From contig JAWLEP010000056.1 in assembly GCA_041686025.1 (NCBI GenBank), positions 1-15,595 of the forward strand: DNA of 15,595 nt, written 5' to 3'. The notes under the pieces were generated by a model, which worked only from the letters and a program-made list of their open reading frames with translations, had not been told where the DNA came from and made no database searches. Positions 15,343-15,595 of the stretch are shown piece by piece. Every line of letters begins with the position of its first letter. Positions within the stretch are counted from its first letter, which is position 1. Made by a program: the position numbers and the translations under genes. The stretch is from Candidatus Fermentibacteraceae bacterium. Its GTDB lineage: Bacteria > Fermentibacterota > Fermentibacteria > Fermentibacterales > JCC-6.

Positions 15343-15595
15343 ATGAACCGCTTCCATCCCCCTCCGCCCGCTTACCGCAGCCCTAATCGAGCCAGTCGAG
15401 CCAAAGGCCTACCGCAATCCGGTGATCTACGCCCGTGAGATCAGGGACGAGATGGAAAGGCTCGGGCTCAACCGGCGCGAGATGGGCATACGTCTCGGGG
15501 TTTCTGCCGACAGGATCACTCAGTGGCTATGCCTGCTGAAGCTGCCGGAGGAGAAACTCCGGGAGATAGAGGGGCTGGGGGACTACTGGGAGAGG
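15343..15595 (+). CDS. Helix-turn-helix protein (ParB/Spo0J-HTH-like), truncated by window end
   Basis: Own translation, open to the edge: MNRFHPLRPLTAALIEPVEPKAYRNPVIYAREIRDEMERLGLNRREMGIRLGVSADRITQWLCLLKLPEEKLREIEGLGDYWER. Start codon uncertain. Confidence 0.7.

Noticed and set aside
15094..15357. 87-aa minus-strand ORF with TGATG overlap
   Set aside because: Ser/Leu/Cys-rich with no motif, and it spans the candidate promoter of the downstream gene; likely spurious.
1..15595. CRISPR array, tRNA, rRNA, integron attC array
   Set aside because: No regularly spaced repeats, cloverleaf, rRNA-like sequence or recurring attC-like sites were seen by eye.

Overview
The window has two parts. The left half (1-~8100) is GC-rich, tightly packed core genome. 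It carries one + strand operon for the methylmalonyl-CoA route: stand-alone B12-binding mutase subunit, MeaB GTPase, epimerase, and a complete Na+-translocating biotin decarboxylase (alpha, delta, gamma, beta). An NDP-sugar epimerase/dehydratase and a SpoU/TrmH methyltransferase follow, then a convergent lipoprotein with two rhodanese domains. The right half (~8100-15595) is a lower-GC accessory region. It holds a secreted beta-propeller-like protein, a DNRLRE-like secreted protein with a short C-terminal T-F-A-G-I-K-A-L-F-R tail, two coupled paralogous cation:proton antiporters (DD versus ED motif), a membrane-anchored hypothetical protein and a partial HTH gene. These genes are separated by decayed IS256-family sequence: two clear relics and three weak traces. 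All calls come from reading motifs by eye; no searches were run. I cannot demonstrate a new system. The best candidates are the antiporter pair, the C-terminal tail and the double-Cys rhodanese lipoprotein.
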